DNA of 64,000 bases from NCBI RefSeq assembly GCF_964204645.1, contig NC_134026.1:27066150-27130149 (forward strand), read 5' to 3'. The translations under genes were made by a program, and so were the position numbers. Positions 13,101 through 25,744 of this stretch are shown one piece after another. Numbering within the stretch: position 1 is the stretch's first letter; every line of letters begins with the position of its first letter. This DNA comes from Tubulanus polymorphus. Its lineage: Eukaryota > Animalia > Nemertea. The notes below the pieces were generated by a model. It was not told the DNA's origin. It saw only the letters and a list, made by a program, of their open reading frames with translations, and ran no database searches.

Positions 13101-14653
13101 TCTTCATGGATTTCGGCCAACTGAAATAATATTTAAGACTTAATATACAAATTAATGATTTATTAATCAGTTTATCTTACCATGAACTGACCTCATCTTT
13201 ATGATTTCTGTACACACGACATAAATCTTCTTCCAGGTTAACGAAATCCTTTTCAAGCTTTTCAATCTTAGCTTCATACTTGCTTTGTTGCGACTGCAAC
13301 TCCTCTTGAGTGATAGATAATTCATTTTGAAGAAATGTTATTTGTTGCTGGTATGAATCAATATCTGACTGCAATGTGCACTGAAAAATCAGCAAAACAG
13401 CTATAAGCAATCATACAAAATCTATCAAGAAAAAGACTCTCTTTGATCCCTACCTTTGTTTTCTCAATTAGACTTTCAGATTGTTTTTGCAAAAATGAAA
13501 GTTTCCGGATTTTTGCTGTATTCTCCTCACGTAGTTGGAAAATCTGCTCATCTTTAAGCACACTATCCCGTTTATGTCTGTCCAGTTCAGAACGCAACAG
13601 TTCATTACTGATTGACAGTGATTCGATGTGTTTTTGAATTTTCATCGGTTCGCCTGACGACAGATCAATCCTGAAAAAAGTAATCGTACACACATAGGCC
13701 TACCTCAATTCATTCTCCCTGATGCGAGAATATTCTATTATTTCTTATTGATTGCCAGCAGGAATAAAAATGACTTACTTGATCATATGAGATACACATG
13801 GAGATGTTCCTACCGCAGAATCTGTGAGAACTGGGACATGCATGCTCGTTTCTTGATTGACCTGAACAACCGGGGATGTTCCATTACAACTGTTTGTCAT
13901 TGTCTCAGCCGATAACCCTCGTCCATTCATCTTAGTCGGTACAAATTTAATCGGGGTAACTACAGTTTCAACGCATGTGATTCCTTGAGAATACAAGTCA
14001 TTCGAGGAGCATTCATCAGGCAAAACAGATGATTCACTACTACATTCATCACTGATCTTTGCACATGTAATTGTTAATTCGCTGAGTGTGTCCTGTATTA
14101 AGCTTGCATCAGCAGAACTGTCAGAGATCTGCTTAGCAGAAATATTCTCAGATTCTTCACTCTGTCCTAACTCTTCGGGACTTGTTGATAATGGTCGCTC
14201 CATTTTCGAAGGAATTTTCGAGTGGATGTGTTTTCTTTTCAGAGGGTCATGTTGTTGATGTGGTTTGTTAGTCACTACACCTATAAATATAAACCAATTA
14301 TTCATCAAATAGTAACATCGACATTTTTAACCGTTCAAAATTTCACTACGATGAATGACTATTTACCGGACTTTGTACAGTCCTTTTGAGTATCTGAATA
14401 TTTTGGTTTGATCCACTGAAAAATTAAGAAAAACTTATCTACAAATTTAGTTCATATAGAGTAGATAATAAACACACTAATTGCCTACCTTGGGCAACTG
14501 AGTTCCAGTTTTCTGTTTAAAACTTGAGGTTTTCTTCAACTTTGACACGACTGGTTGAGATTTGACATTATCATTATTTGATAAAGTACATTTTGTATTT
14601 ACATCGACAAGCGGAATTCGAGGCTTTGAATGTAAATTATGTTTTGCCTTCAA
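10188..14653 (-). CDS. SPAG5: Astrin/SPAG5-like long coiled-coil spindle protein (multi-exon; true start not resolved, upstream of 14653)
   Basis: Many coiled-coil exons and an S/T-rich N-terminal region. The spliced C-terminus RVRYYEQEDMHKETVTKAQRRMKTLEENWQKAEAEVSRLDLYITEIKQTLAKNKSIIESCDELLKLLNEM* matches the recalled human Astrin tail in register (RVMF...ILEENLRRSDKELEKLD...GCKELQGLLEFLS). Confidence 0.7.
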
Positions 14654-15891
14654 CTGAAAAAATAGAATTAGACTTTCTATTCACCTTCCACAATTCAAAT
14701 GCCCCTCATCTTATAACATCTTTTGGTTGTCGACTGACTTTACCTGTAGTGAAATGGGAAGATAACTACTATTCTGATTTTCTTTCTCAATCTCTGACGC
14801 TTTTACACTATCTGACATGACTCACTTCATGTATATGATGTATTTTGTGGTTTAAACTTCACCTAAAAATGACAGTCAACCGTTTTGGTAAACGTTTGGA
14901 TACTAATCCTAATCGCTGGATATTTCTTATAGATATACACACACACAGTGACGACACACAGTAGACAGTCACTTAACAGGAATTAATACAGATACAGGAC
15001 TGGGTGAAGTCGATGGATACTGAGGTTAATCGACCATGTCTTGTGTGGCTGGCTGTGATTTATTTCGTCGGAATGGAAACTGAAAATGAATCATATTTTG
15101 CCAAACAAAACAAAAGAAAAACGTCGACGTTAACAACACAACGACGACACGACCGTTTTTCTTTTCTTTCTTTGACTTGTTGGATTGCGACTTTTTGTGA
15201 GGAAATGCGCTCAGGACGTACGTCTGAGTAGTGAAACGTGTTTATAATTTCAGTTCTCTTCTCTATCATATAATCACATCGTACACTCACTTTGCCTGTG
15301 CGTATTATCCATATCGTATGAAACACTTCAAAATACGAGTTTCAAAATTCGCACCTCCATAAATGACTATTGGTGGCGCCACCTTCAAAATGTATCGATA
15401 TTTATCGACCGAAACCAATTCTATTCGGCAATGTAGGCGGGCCGGTGGAAACGTTCGCGAGATCTCAAAGTCCATGAAGGCGGCCAGTTTAAAGAAGACG
15501 TCTCCGAGTGACTTATTGAAATCAATCTGAATTTGTACCCAACTCCTTTTGAGGAAGATCGACAAAAGCCAAATACAGAAAATATATTTAAATGCAAGTG
15601 CTTTATTTACAAGTAATCAATGCTTATTTCATAATAGACGGATTAAATGCTGACACAGACCAGCTGTCCAGCTCAGTAGTTCAGTTGATATGCATATATA
15701 ATCTAAAACTACAGAGTAAAAGTATACTACAGTTATATAATATCTATTTGAAACAAGCTCCAATAAAATTTGTCAATCCAACAGCGGCCTCCATTACACA
15801 ACTGTACTGAGACCAATTTACTACATAAATCTGCAGCGACCAGCACAGGCACAGGTATCACGCACATCACAATATGTCGTTTTTATTCATT

Positions 15892-18540
15892 CTAATTCCA
15901 GGCCACCCGTCTTGTGGAAATACCAGCAGGTCGAGAATGTCTCTGAAATGGTACCAATTATCATTATAGTTAAGTAATGCTAGCCGCAGTAATGGTAACA
16001 ATGTATGTAAAGAATGAATGTAATAGAAACCTTTGGTTTAAAGCCTTCAAGCTTCATTCTTTCTGTTTCATGACGGAGCAGGTCATCGTAAGCTTCCTCA
16101 GCCTGTTTTTCAGCTTCTAATTCAGCTTCCAGTTTTTGTTTTGCAGATATTTCCTGATCTCGACGTGTTGTTATCTAAAGCAATGAACATAAACATTGCT
16201 CTCAAAATACAATTCGAGTACCTGAAGTATAGCTGCTGGAGGTCTTAAAATTTTCTACAAACCTGTGCTTCAAGGTCTTTCTTAATTTCATCTTTCATAG
16301 CCTCTGCCTTTTCTTGATCTCGTTTAGTAAGTTGATTCGCAATTTCTATTTCTTGAAGTAGCTGTTCACGTCTTTCGATCGATTCCTTCTGCTGTTTTTG
16401 TATCTCTTCCCGTTTCAAATCTATCTGTTCTTGTCGTGCGTCTAATACCTAGAGATTATTTTCATATAGTATGAATTTACAAGTGTCAAAACGATTCATT
16501 GTTTAAAAACAAAAAATTAAAGTATAAGTACTTCTTTCATGAGTTTCTGTCTTGCTTCACGTTCTTTTGTCCATTCTGCTTCCCTCTTACGCCATATTTC
16601 AGCAGCTTCATCTCTGATGTAAAGAAAAAGGTATACCGGTATTCATGAAAACGTTATTCAATCTCATCTCAAAACCACAGCACTAGATTTAAACTTACTG
16701 ATATATCATATCCAGCTCAGCTTCCCGAGCTTTTTCAAGTTTCATTTGATCTTCAATCATTTTTTTCATATACTGAGCATCAGCGATTCTCTTCTCTTTT
16801 CTAGCAGTGACTATTTCTTTTTCTGTCACATCCTCCTCAGCAAGTTTTTCAATGATCTTACGATCTTGTTCCTGTTTTTTATAACATAACATGCCATTAC
16901 TGTTATGCACTTCTCTGCAATTTCTATCTTATATCAATGCACTTACAAGCTCCTCCTGAATTTTCTTTGACTTTCTTCTCATCTGCGCTGTATGTTGCCT
17001 TAACAAAATCCGCCTAAAAGTTTCATCATAATAATCAGGAAATGAGGTCTAATGAATGCCATGACATGGACAGGGTTTACAACATGTTTTTATATACATG
17101 TTTAAAAACAGGCGTACCTCAGTTCATCTTTCTTTCTCTCTTCATCAAGTTTTTTCCTTTCCTCTTCAATTTGATCTAGTTCCCATTGCCTCTTCATCAT
17201 TTCATCTTCCTCTGCCTTCAAAGCTGCAGACTTATGAAAAGTCGCAAATAGTTCAGTAGAAGTTAAAATTATAATTTACTACATTAAGCAACAGCTCATG
17301 TATTTACCTCTTGTTCCCTCTGTTTTAATTCCTCCACTTGTTTTTTCAGGGCTTCTTTTAATTCGTGTTCCTCTTTCGCTTTAGCTGCATTTTTTTCTTT
17401 TTCAGCTTCCAATGCATCCTGAAGGTCTTCTTCCAGCTTTTCAGCGTATTCCTCCCTTTCTATCTTCGCCTTTTCTAGTGCCTTGAGATAATAATTCAAG
17501 TTTGTTAAACAGCCTATCACACGACTATATTCCAACTAGCTTCATTGTTTATACTTGAATATCTAAATTTACCTTATGTCTCTCTTCTTGTTGAGTTTTC
17601 CATTGTTCCATCACATGTCGTTTATGCTGTTCAAATTCCAACTACAAATACAGATTATGTATAAAATGCCATCTTAAAATATCATTACCAGTACTGGTAA
17701 TTGGACTAAAAAAACTGAAAGTGCACTCTCACCTCTCTGATATCTTGATTATTTTGTCTCCAATGGTCATACAATAATTCTTCTGCCAACTGAAATTAAA
17801 TACTTACAAGAATAAAATCAATATACTAAAAAATTGGTTAGCAGTTAATACTCTTATCGTGTATTTAAATCGTACCTGTTGTCTCTTTTCTTCTCGTGCA
17901 CTTTGCAATTCATCTGCTTTTTCTTTCATCTCAGCAAGTTTTTCCAAATCATCTTTTGATTCACCTTTTAATTCAGCCTGAAAGTTATTAATGACAGAAA
18001 TGTATCTAGTGCCACCATTTCCAGTCCAGTCATTCACTGAATTGTTTATTCATCCATGATGATTCTTATCTTTGATTTTAAGCACTGAAATAGAATAGAT
18101 ACCATACCTCAAATCGAAGTCTTTCATCTCCCAGCATTTTAAGAAGTTTTATCTTTCTCTGTTTGAGTTCAATAGCCTTTATTTCTTTCTCATGAATTGA
18201 TTTGTATGCATCCATGCTAAAATGTACAATGGTTGTCAAATATCTGGTTTATCGAAATATTGATCTATGTAGGTCCTGTACAGTGAATACCTTTATTTTT
18301 ACTTGCAGTAGAAAATCATTAACACTTATTGTAATAATAAGTAAATTACCTGTCATTAAATGCTTGGTTTGAAGTCCATACACTCTGTTTAGCTGTAGTG
18401 ATATTGCTCTTGGCAAAATAATTAGCTGTATCTGTCCAAGCCTCACGGAAGTTGTACTGATGATTGCGTCTTCGAACTATTGCAGCTTCAAATGGATTTT
18501 TCTGGGTCGTATAAGACGTTGGCAAATTTGGTAACGCCAT
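15892..18540 (-). CDS. TCHP: Trichoplein keratin filament-binding protein (multi-exon)
   Basis: N-terminus MALPNLPTSY...WTDTANYFAKSNITTAKQSVWTS resembles human MALPTLPSYW...YF..SKQAEWSS; E/K/R-rich TPH coiled-coil exons; ends AWN*. Confidence 0.88.
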
Positions 18541-18996
18541 CACCTTGGTTTTGGTTTGCCTGGATTATAAAATAGAAAGTAAAATAACTACCTGTCCTTT
18601 GCAGCAGGCTGGTGTTTTACAGCTACTTTTAAACATCGAGGTGCAATCTTTGTGATGTTTGAAAATGCATTTGAAATAAAAACAAAACAGTTTTCCTTTA
18701 GATTGCAGATATCAAGTATGTCCTAGGCCAAACCTACATAATAATATCATTATTTTTTTAAGGATATAGGGCGGCATATTAACACGCGGTTGCTAGAATA
18801 GAATATTGTTGCTCACTGATTCCACTTTGTTTGAAAGGTTAGCTGCAGACGAAACTCAAGTTCTCGCCCTCTCGAATCTATATAACCCATTGCCAATAGG
18901 CCTAACCCTAAAAACTTAGGCCCTTGCTGGCCTTCTTCAAAGGCTTTTATCAAATTAATTTCCCGGTACTCTATCTATCTAAAATAGATAGCAATA

Positions 18997-19083
18997 ACCC
19001 CCGTGAAGCTGGTTCCTTATTCAGCTCCCGATTCAAAAACATTTTGAATCGGGAGCCGAATCGGGAACCGGCTTCACAGGGGT
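18997..19083. mobile_element. 87-bp foldback MITE with 9-bp TSD
   Basis: Near-perfect hairpin ACCCCCGTGAAGCTGGTTCC...GGAACCGGCTTCACAGGGGT; TSD ATAGCAATA at 18988-18996 and 19084-19092. Confidence 0.85.
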
Positions 19084-19899
19084 ATAGCAATAGCCAATAC
19101 TAAAAAAAGCCCGATAAGCAAATTTTCCTAGAAATAGTATTTATTGGTTTAAACTAATGAATACTATTTCTAGGAATCGAATGCTGTGTTTGTTTGTATT
19201 GTGTAGAAATAGTAGTATAGGAAGTGGCAAAAATAAAATAAATGCATCTGTTTGTTAAATAACATAACTTAACATTTGTTTGTTAAAAAACGGAGGATTG
19301 GCTGGGAAAGGCCCTCTCTCTTTGACTCAGGTCTGCTCTGCTGGCTTAAAAACCAAAACTATTCTATTTCCATTCCAGCTAAATGTCCTTCTCTTAGTCG
19401 ATATTTTTCTGAAATATCAGCAATTAAACGAACCTTTCTATTTCCTGCTTTATTCGAACGATCACAGAAGACTATTTTAAAGGCGTAAGAACGATTATTC
19501 GTGGCACACACGCAATTGGTTATTCAGAAATTCAACTGAGTCAGTGAGTGCCCGTTGAGTCGATGGCGGCCATTTGTAAACAATAGTAGTAAGCATATTT
19601 CACGGAAACTGGACCAGGACTCAGAATACCATTCAAATTCAGTGCTTTATTGAGCGCGCCGTAAACCGCATTACAACAGAAATCCGGATATGTCTCCATT
19701 CGTTGGTGAACTCCTAAATCTGCTTCTGAGCAGATAATTTGTGGGTTTTCTTGGGTTCCTCGTAGTATTGGCATTTGTTTCCAGCCCTCCATTAACCAAA
19801 AAGCTATATTTATTTCTGTTATGTATTACCATGAGTCTATTACGATTTTAACTGTTCTTCTTGTACAAGAGTTCTACTCATCACCAACATAATATCTAT

Positions 19900-20275
19900 T
19901 ATCTTAATGTTAACTGATTTGCTTGTAAACATTCTACTTATTCTCTAATATGACGCTCTCTGGTGTGTCTTTTAACACTCATTGTGTCTAAGTGCTTTTG
20001 TAGTTATCATTTGCCTTATCTGTGTATACTAGTTATTCGCTCAAGACAGATACACCACCATATGTTTCCTAGCGTTGGCAGATTTCTTACGAATTTTGTG
20101 GTACCCTGGATCGAATCTGTTGAGTCGTCATTAATAAAATGAGTTTCTACTAAACCGACAATGTCGTGTTTACGCCTTATTTCAAGAACATCTGGTTGAG
20201 CAAGTTTACAAACTCTCGCCATTGTCGATCCTGTTGTGACCAACATCAATATTCCAAAAGGCGATAGAAACCTTA
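19900..20275 (-). pseudogene. Degenerate non-LTR retrotransposon APE-type endonuclease fragment
   Basis: Frameshifted motifs SIAFWNI..., HDIVGLVETH, YGGVSV are typical of LINE endonuclease N-termini. Boundaries approximate. Confidence 0.6.
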
Positions 20276-20279
20276 TTGG

Positions 20280-21214
20280 GGAGTATTACTTTCATACAAG
20301 ATACTCCAACATGAAACCTGGTACAGGTCACCCAACTGGGCCCACAACTTGAATGCCTGATTGACTATTTCCTTCCTGATACAACTTGGCTCAACTGGGG
20401 TAACATCCGTCGGGGGACTGCAAAAACCCTTCTAAATAAAATGCAGTCAGCTTATGCCCGCTCCTGGCTTGATGAAATCAATGACTTGGTAAAATCCCCG
20501 AAACTCCGAACTTATAAACTCTTCAAACACTCCTTCTTTATGGAAAATTACCTGAAAGTCTCTCCCAACATTCTAGCCCGCAAGTCCCTGACCAAATTAC
20601 GCCTGAGTGCCCACTCTTTAGCTATTGAAACTGGCCGGTACACCCCACCTAAGACCCCTGCCGAGCAGCGTCCTATTTTGTGACCTAAACAAAGTGGAGG
20701 ACGAGGAACACTTTATTATTCACTGCCCCTGTTTCTCCCTTATTGGTAGTTAGTTACCTAATCGTTGGTGGTAAGCTTTTTATAATCGGATGGGCATATC
20801 CGATCGTGAAACTAAACCACAGTCAGGTTACTGACTACCTTATTGGAAGCCCATTTCTATTCAATTACCCAGATCGCCCCTTCGTTTCAGTTACTTGATG
20901 CCCCAGGAAAACTAAAATTTATTTTATCAACAGGGGGTGGGGACACAGAAATCGCTAAGATTACATGCAATTTTTTTTGTGAATGACCTTTTTTACAAAC
21001 GGGCGGACAATCAATAGCAACCGCTTGACTTTTTGTACTGTTCTTGTGGATTATAATTTCGGAATTGTGAATAACATTGTAACTACCTGTTTGTTTCTAT
21101 TGTTCAAATTTGTTTGTTTTTTTTATCTCTGTGTTTTATTTTATTGCCATGTCTGTCTCATGTAATATCTGTAAAAAGGACGCAATACATATTGAATTGA
21201 ATTGAATTGAATTG
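20280..21214 (+). mobile_element. 3' remnant of a LINE (ORF2 C-terminus plus (ATTGA)n tail)
   Basis: KLRTYKLFK...ENYL...LTKLRLSAHSLAIETGRY...VEDEEHFIIHC is the common LINE ORF2 C-terminal motif set; simple-repeat tail ATTGAATTGA at 21191-21214. Confidence 0.8.
20747..20837. mobile_element. MITE (short copy) nested in the LINE remnant, 9-bp TSD
   Basis: TIRs TAGTTAGTTACCT / AGGTTACTGACTA; TSD CCTTATTGG (20738-20746, 20838-20846). Same family as 21570-21796, in opposite orientation. Confidence 0.8.
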
Positions 21215-21284
21215 AGCAGGAATAGGTCGGTGGTGCACGGATTGCCCATTTTGACGAGATTTTGGACGTTTTTCCAGACGGAAG

Positions 21285-22740
21285 ATGAGTTTTTTTCGTG
21301 GAATAGCGTACCCCAATATCGACGAAGATAATGATATCCCTGTTGTCGAATTTCTCAGTGCGTGCGATGCAATACCGATTGTTTTTGGTACGGTTTTTAT
21401 CCAACGAACACAAAATTACAAAACTAAAAGGGCAACCATCTTGATATAAACTATATCGGATTGAATAACACATGAAGAATTTATTTGGAATTTCAGATAG
21501 TTTGGGTAGATTATTTAAGCCACTTAAATCAGATGTTGCAAATAATATTAATGTAAGTATGCTAGGCCTTAGTCAGTAACCTGACTGTGGTTCAGTTTCA
21601 CGATCGGATATTTCCACAAACCACCTGTGTGTGTCAGTTTGTGAATTAAGCCATTAATTGTGGACTGAAGTCATTAGAAAGTATATTTTGGAAGTGATAT
21701 TTTTTTCAACCGTGTTTTGGCCCTTGTCATCCCTAACGTTGGTATAAGCCCATCCAATTATAAAAAGCTTACCACCAACGATTAGGTAACTATCTAGCTA
21801 GGCCTAAGTACTAATTATTAGCCTACATCAAAATGGAGTTGGTGTACATTTGTTGTTTCCAGGGCTACCTGTAAGATTGTCTGGTAATTCAAATTGTAAT
21901 GGCACTCGGGATATAAATCAATAGTTGCCCTATAAATTTCCTTATATAAACAAAATGGCAGTACTATTGTAAGGCTTATTTGTTTTGATTACTGAATATT
22001 GTATTTTTCATGTAGATTTTGCGGAAAGCAGTCGAAAAGGATTCTGAACAGCTGAAAACAGTGAAATCCTTGCTGGCCAAGGATATCAGAAATAATGCAA
22101 CAAAACAGGATCCATCAGTCACTTTATCATTATGTTGGCTGAATAGGTATGTGCCCTACAAGTTCTGTTTTATCTGAAGTCCAACTACCAGGTAATTCGG
22201 TAACATCAACTCTACATTCAATTTCAGATCATGTATGTATATTTATGTGATGTTGGCACTGTTTGTTGAAAACGAACAAAAAAAACGGAAAAGTCCCCCT
22301 GAAGAAACTTCAACAACCTTTCATGAATTTGCGAGGCAAGCATACGAGCAAACTTTAAAGAAGCATCATGGCACACCTGCAAAATTACTATTCAAAGTCA
22401 GTGAGAATCTAAACAACATTTGGATTTTGAATGAGCATTAATATTATAAGGATGAATTACATACTTCCTTCTATTTTTTAAGGCCATCTCATTTGCTATC
22501 AACCATGATGTCTTTGTGCGAATATTGCTAAATGGTGCAACAGATGAGGTGGTAAGTAAATATGCTAATATTCTAACAGCAATCATCGGTCTACCTTTCC
22601 CTTCAAAGGTTATAGAATTCTATTTTCAGCTATTTCAGGATCTTGAGGTGTATTTGAACTCACTGCGGCCTGTTATAGAAACTATTTGCTCATATTATAG
22701 AGAATTAAATCTGGCTGATGAGCATTTTTCTTTCAAGTAG
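21285..22740 (+). CDS. GLTP: Glycolipid transfer protein (GLTP fold), 6 coding exons
   Basis: Spliced MSFFRGIAYPNIDEDNDIPVVEFLSACDAIPIVF-DSLGRLFKPLKSDVANNIN-ILRKAVEKD...LSLCWLNR-...AYEQTLKKHHG...-LFQDLEVYLNSLRPVIETICSYYRELNL; the GLTP D, N, W and H residues are present. Confidence 0.85.
21570..21796. mobile_element. MITE (long copy) in GLTP intron 2, 9-bp TSD
   Basis: TIRs TAGTCAGTAACCT / AGGTAACTATCTA; TSD GCTAGGCCT (21561-21569, 21797-21805). Confidence 0.8.
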
Positions 22741-23685
22741 AATGTTCTGAATGTTGACATGGATTGCAAGTGTTGAACAATATCATTCATATTTATTGAA
22801 ACATTTCTTGAATGGACCAACTGTCTTCCTTTTAACATATAAGAAAATTCATTGCACTATTTTATATTAAAACAAAAGATTTTCTATTATATATTAAATA
22901 TTTTTGGAATATTTATTTTCTTATTAATCATTGATAATTTCAAGCATATAATAGAAATTATTTTCTTTTTAATGCTCATTTGGCTATACTTAATGGATTT
23001 ACTAACTGGATGTTTTCATAACTGTATTTCACATGTCTTATTTATAGTTGTTAATAAATATTTTTCTATTATTGCTTTATTTTCTCATTATACATTTGCA
23101 CATGATCATAGATTAAATCCTTATTGCATACACGGAAATCAGTGGAGATTTGTTTTGACTGTATGGGTGGGGTAGTTGACATAGAATCAACCCTAGGGTT
23201 AAAGTTAGAACTGGTCTATAAAATAGGCCCTTTAATTTATAAAAATAAATGTAGGTGCTATAATTAGAAATTATCTTATGCTTGTTTTTATGGAGTTATT
23301 TTGTATTTTGCCATATTCGGACAAATATTGCTTTCCACATCCTAAAGGAACGAAGGTATCCAGGAACACCATGTCCATTTGTTTTATACATTGTAACATA
23401 ACAAGGACTGTCAAGACAAAGATGGCCGCCGATGATTGAAAACGTCAAGTTTGATGTACAAAAGGTTCCTTTCTAAAGTATACACGTCACATAATCAACT
23501 ATGAAATGCTCCTAACTATAAACCTTTGGGTTACAGATGTGTCTAGGATGTACATATAAACCAAATATTAAAACAAAATACACTAACACGTACAATACAA
23601 ATTCATATAGAAATATTTATACATGAATACAAGTGGTTAATGAATATATACAAAACTGCCAAAAAATGCTAAAGTCTATTGTAGT

Positions 23686-25299
23686 TCACTTTTTCTTATC
23701 ATCTTTACACATTATTACATATCTTTGAGCAACTTTCAGAGGTGGTGAATATCCATCTGTGTACGATGTATCCTCAAATAATACCAAATAATCATCATGA
23801 GGCTAAAACCAGAACATATACATGTATCGGTAATTTCAAAAATTTTTGGTGATAAACAATCAGAATTTTTTTAATTACCTTTTTAGGTGTCTCGTGTATG
23901 AGAGCTCGATAAAAGCACGTAGTCTGTGGATATAACGCCAAAACCAGCTGTAAAATGAGAAAAGAAAATAGTCAAATCATTTACCGGTATCTAACCTACA
24001 GACATTTGGTAGTCGGCAACGCTTCTTACAGTTGATTTATTGAACAATGCTTCAGGATCGGTCTCTGGATTAGCTTTCCATAAAGGTAGAGGCACAATTC
24101 GTCTTCTACTTAAAACATGTCTCCTTTAAGAATATTGTTAAATACAAATCAACAATTTTGTCATTAAATATCATTTTTCAGACTGTTACTGTAATAGTTT
24201 CACTTACTCTTTTCCTTCTTCTGCATCAATATCATCCACTTCATACTTATTTGTTGATGTGTTGTATGAAACAACTTCAGCCAGAATCCAATTTTCCTCG
24301 CCATCTGAACTACGAACTCGAGCAGCAACTTTATCACCGGGATTTGCAATGTAGTTATTATCAACTTGTATTGCTCCACACAATGCTGGCGGCCTAAAAC
24401 AGACAAGAAATAAACTTTTTTTCACATGACTAAATGTCAGAAACGAATTATGGTCATTACGTACTTTTCGCCTGATTTTCCAATCCAGAGCGGCAATGTG
24501 TTCGCATTTTGTTGCAACATAGACATTAGGACACCTCTTCTCATTATCTGTTTTGGTCGATCTCCGTCCACTAAAAGAAAAATTCGAAAATCAACATTTA
24601 TCCATTAACATAAGTGTCCTTTAAATAATGCAATGTTTTTCGCCCTTACAATCACTTTTGATAGCTTTGATTTCACTGATCATGTCCAAAGCTCTACGTA
24701 ACATTCTGAAATGAAATACAATTATTCTGTTCATTTTAAAATTCAAAACCTCTTTCACAGAAATCAATAATCTAGAATACATACTCGGTCTCACTTTCAG
24801 CATCTTGTAAAGCAGTAGTATACAGTCCTTTTAGTTTAGTTTTGTAGTACGTAGAAACTAGAAGATAGAAGGATTAAAGTCATGACAATTTAGAGAACTT
24901 TAGTCTGAATACCCACTAATCCTGGGTCACCCCTCCGCAGGAACATCAAGGTTTATAGATGCTAGTCTACCGAGCAAGAATCTCTTACTTTTTTGTTCTT
25001 GCTGCATTCGTTCATGTGTTTTCTGAATATTCAACAATGTGTTTTCTCCTCGATCTCGTTCCTCCTAGAAACCATCAAAGCAATTAGTTCAACGTAGACA
25101 ATCCATTCATATTTAGAGGGGAAAAGCCGGCCGGGGTTATCTTTAAAACTTGAAATGGCAAAATTGCATATGGGTGAAATGAATCTGTGAAGGAATGAAT
25201 ATAGGACTTTACTTTAGTTTGGAAAAGAAGCGTTTGTAATTCTTTCAGCAAGTCTTTGATCTTTGCGGAGTCTCCAGTAGCAGCGTTTACAGCAGCCAT
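23686..25299 (-). CDS. SGF29: SAGA-associated factor 29 (tandem Tudor; multi-exon)
   Basis: TLPLWIGK, PPALCGAI, GDKVAARV, ENWILAEVVSY, YEVDDID, IVPLPLWKANPETDPEALF, LALYPQTTCFYRALI, GYSPPLKVAQRYV motifs. Confidence 0.95.
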
Positions 25300-25700
25300 T
25301 CTACCTTAACATACAATAATCAATCCTTGTTACTCGAATCATCGAACTATATGCTCAAATCGAACAATAAAAAACAAAAAAGTTTGTCTCTGGCTCATCG
25401 ACCTTGAGAATATCGGAGAATCGTATTTCACGGTTTTGGCTATAATGATGGAGCTTTAGATTGTTTGCCGGTCTCAATTTTCTGTGAAGATTCATGATTT
25501 AAGACTCTTTATCTAGTCTTAAGTTAATAAAACATGTCGCATATATCTTGGAGATATTTGGTACTCCAAGTAGCATCAACGTATATCATCATCTCTCACC
25601 TTGGTGCAGACAGGCAACCAGTCTATGTGAAACCAATTAACAAATTGATACATCGGCATTCAACATTGTAAACTAAGCAATTGTCTGCAATATTTTCAAC

Positions 25701-25744
25701 GCAAAAGGTTGAAAGCCTGTTTTGGTCGATGGCGAGTGACGTCA
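25701..25744 (+). repeat. Left TIR of the MULE
   Basis: GCAAAAGGTTGAAAGCCTGTTTTGGTCGATGGCGAGTGACGTCA. Confidence 0.95.

Noticed and set aside
15305-15565. 86-aa minus-strand ORF as a separate gene or SPAG5 first exon
   Set aside because: No recognisable motif, and I could not splice it in frame to the exon at 14653; likely promoter or 5'UTR.
22852-23175. Hydrophobic 107-aa ORF
   Set aside because: An artefact of very AT-rich sequence downstream of GLTP.
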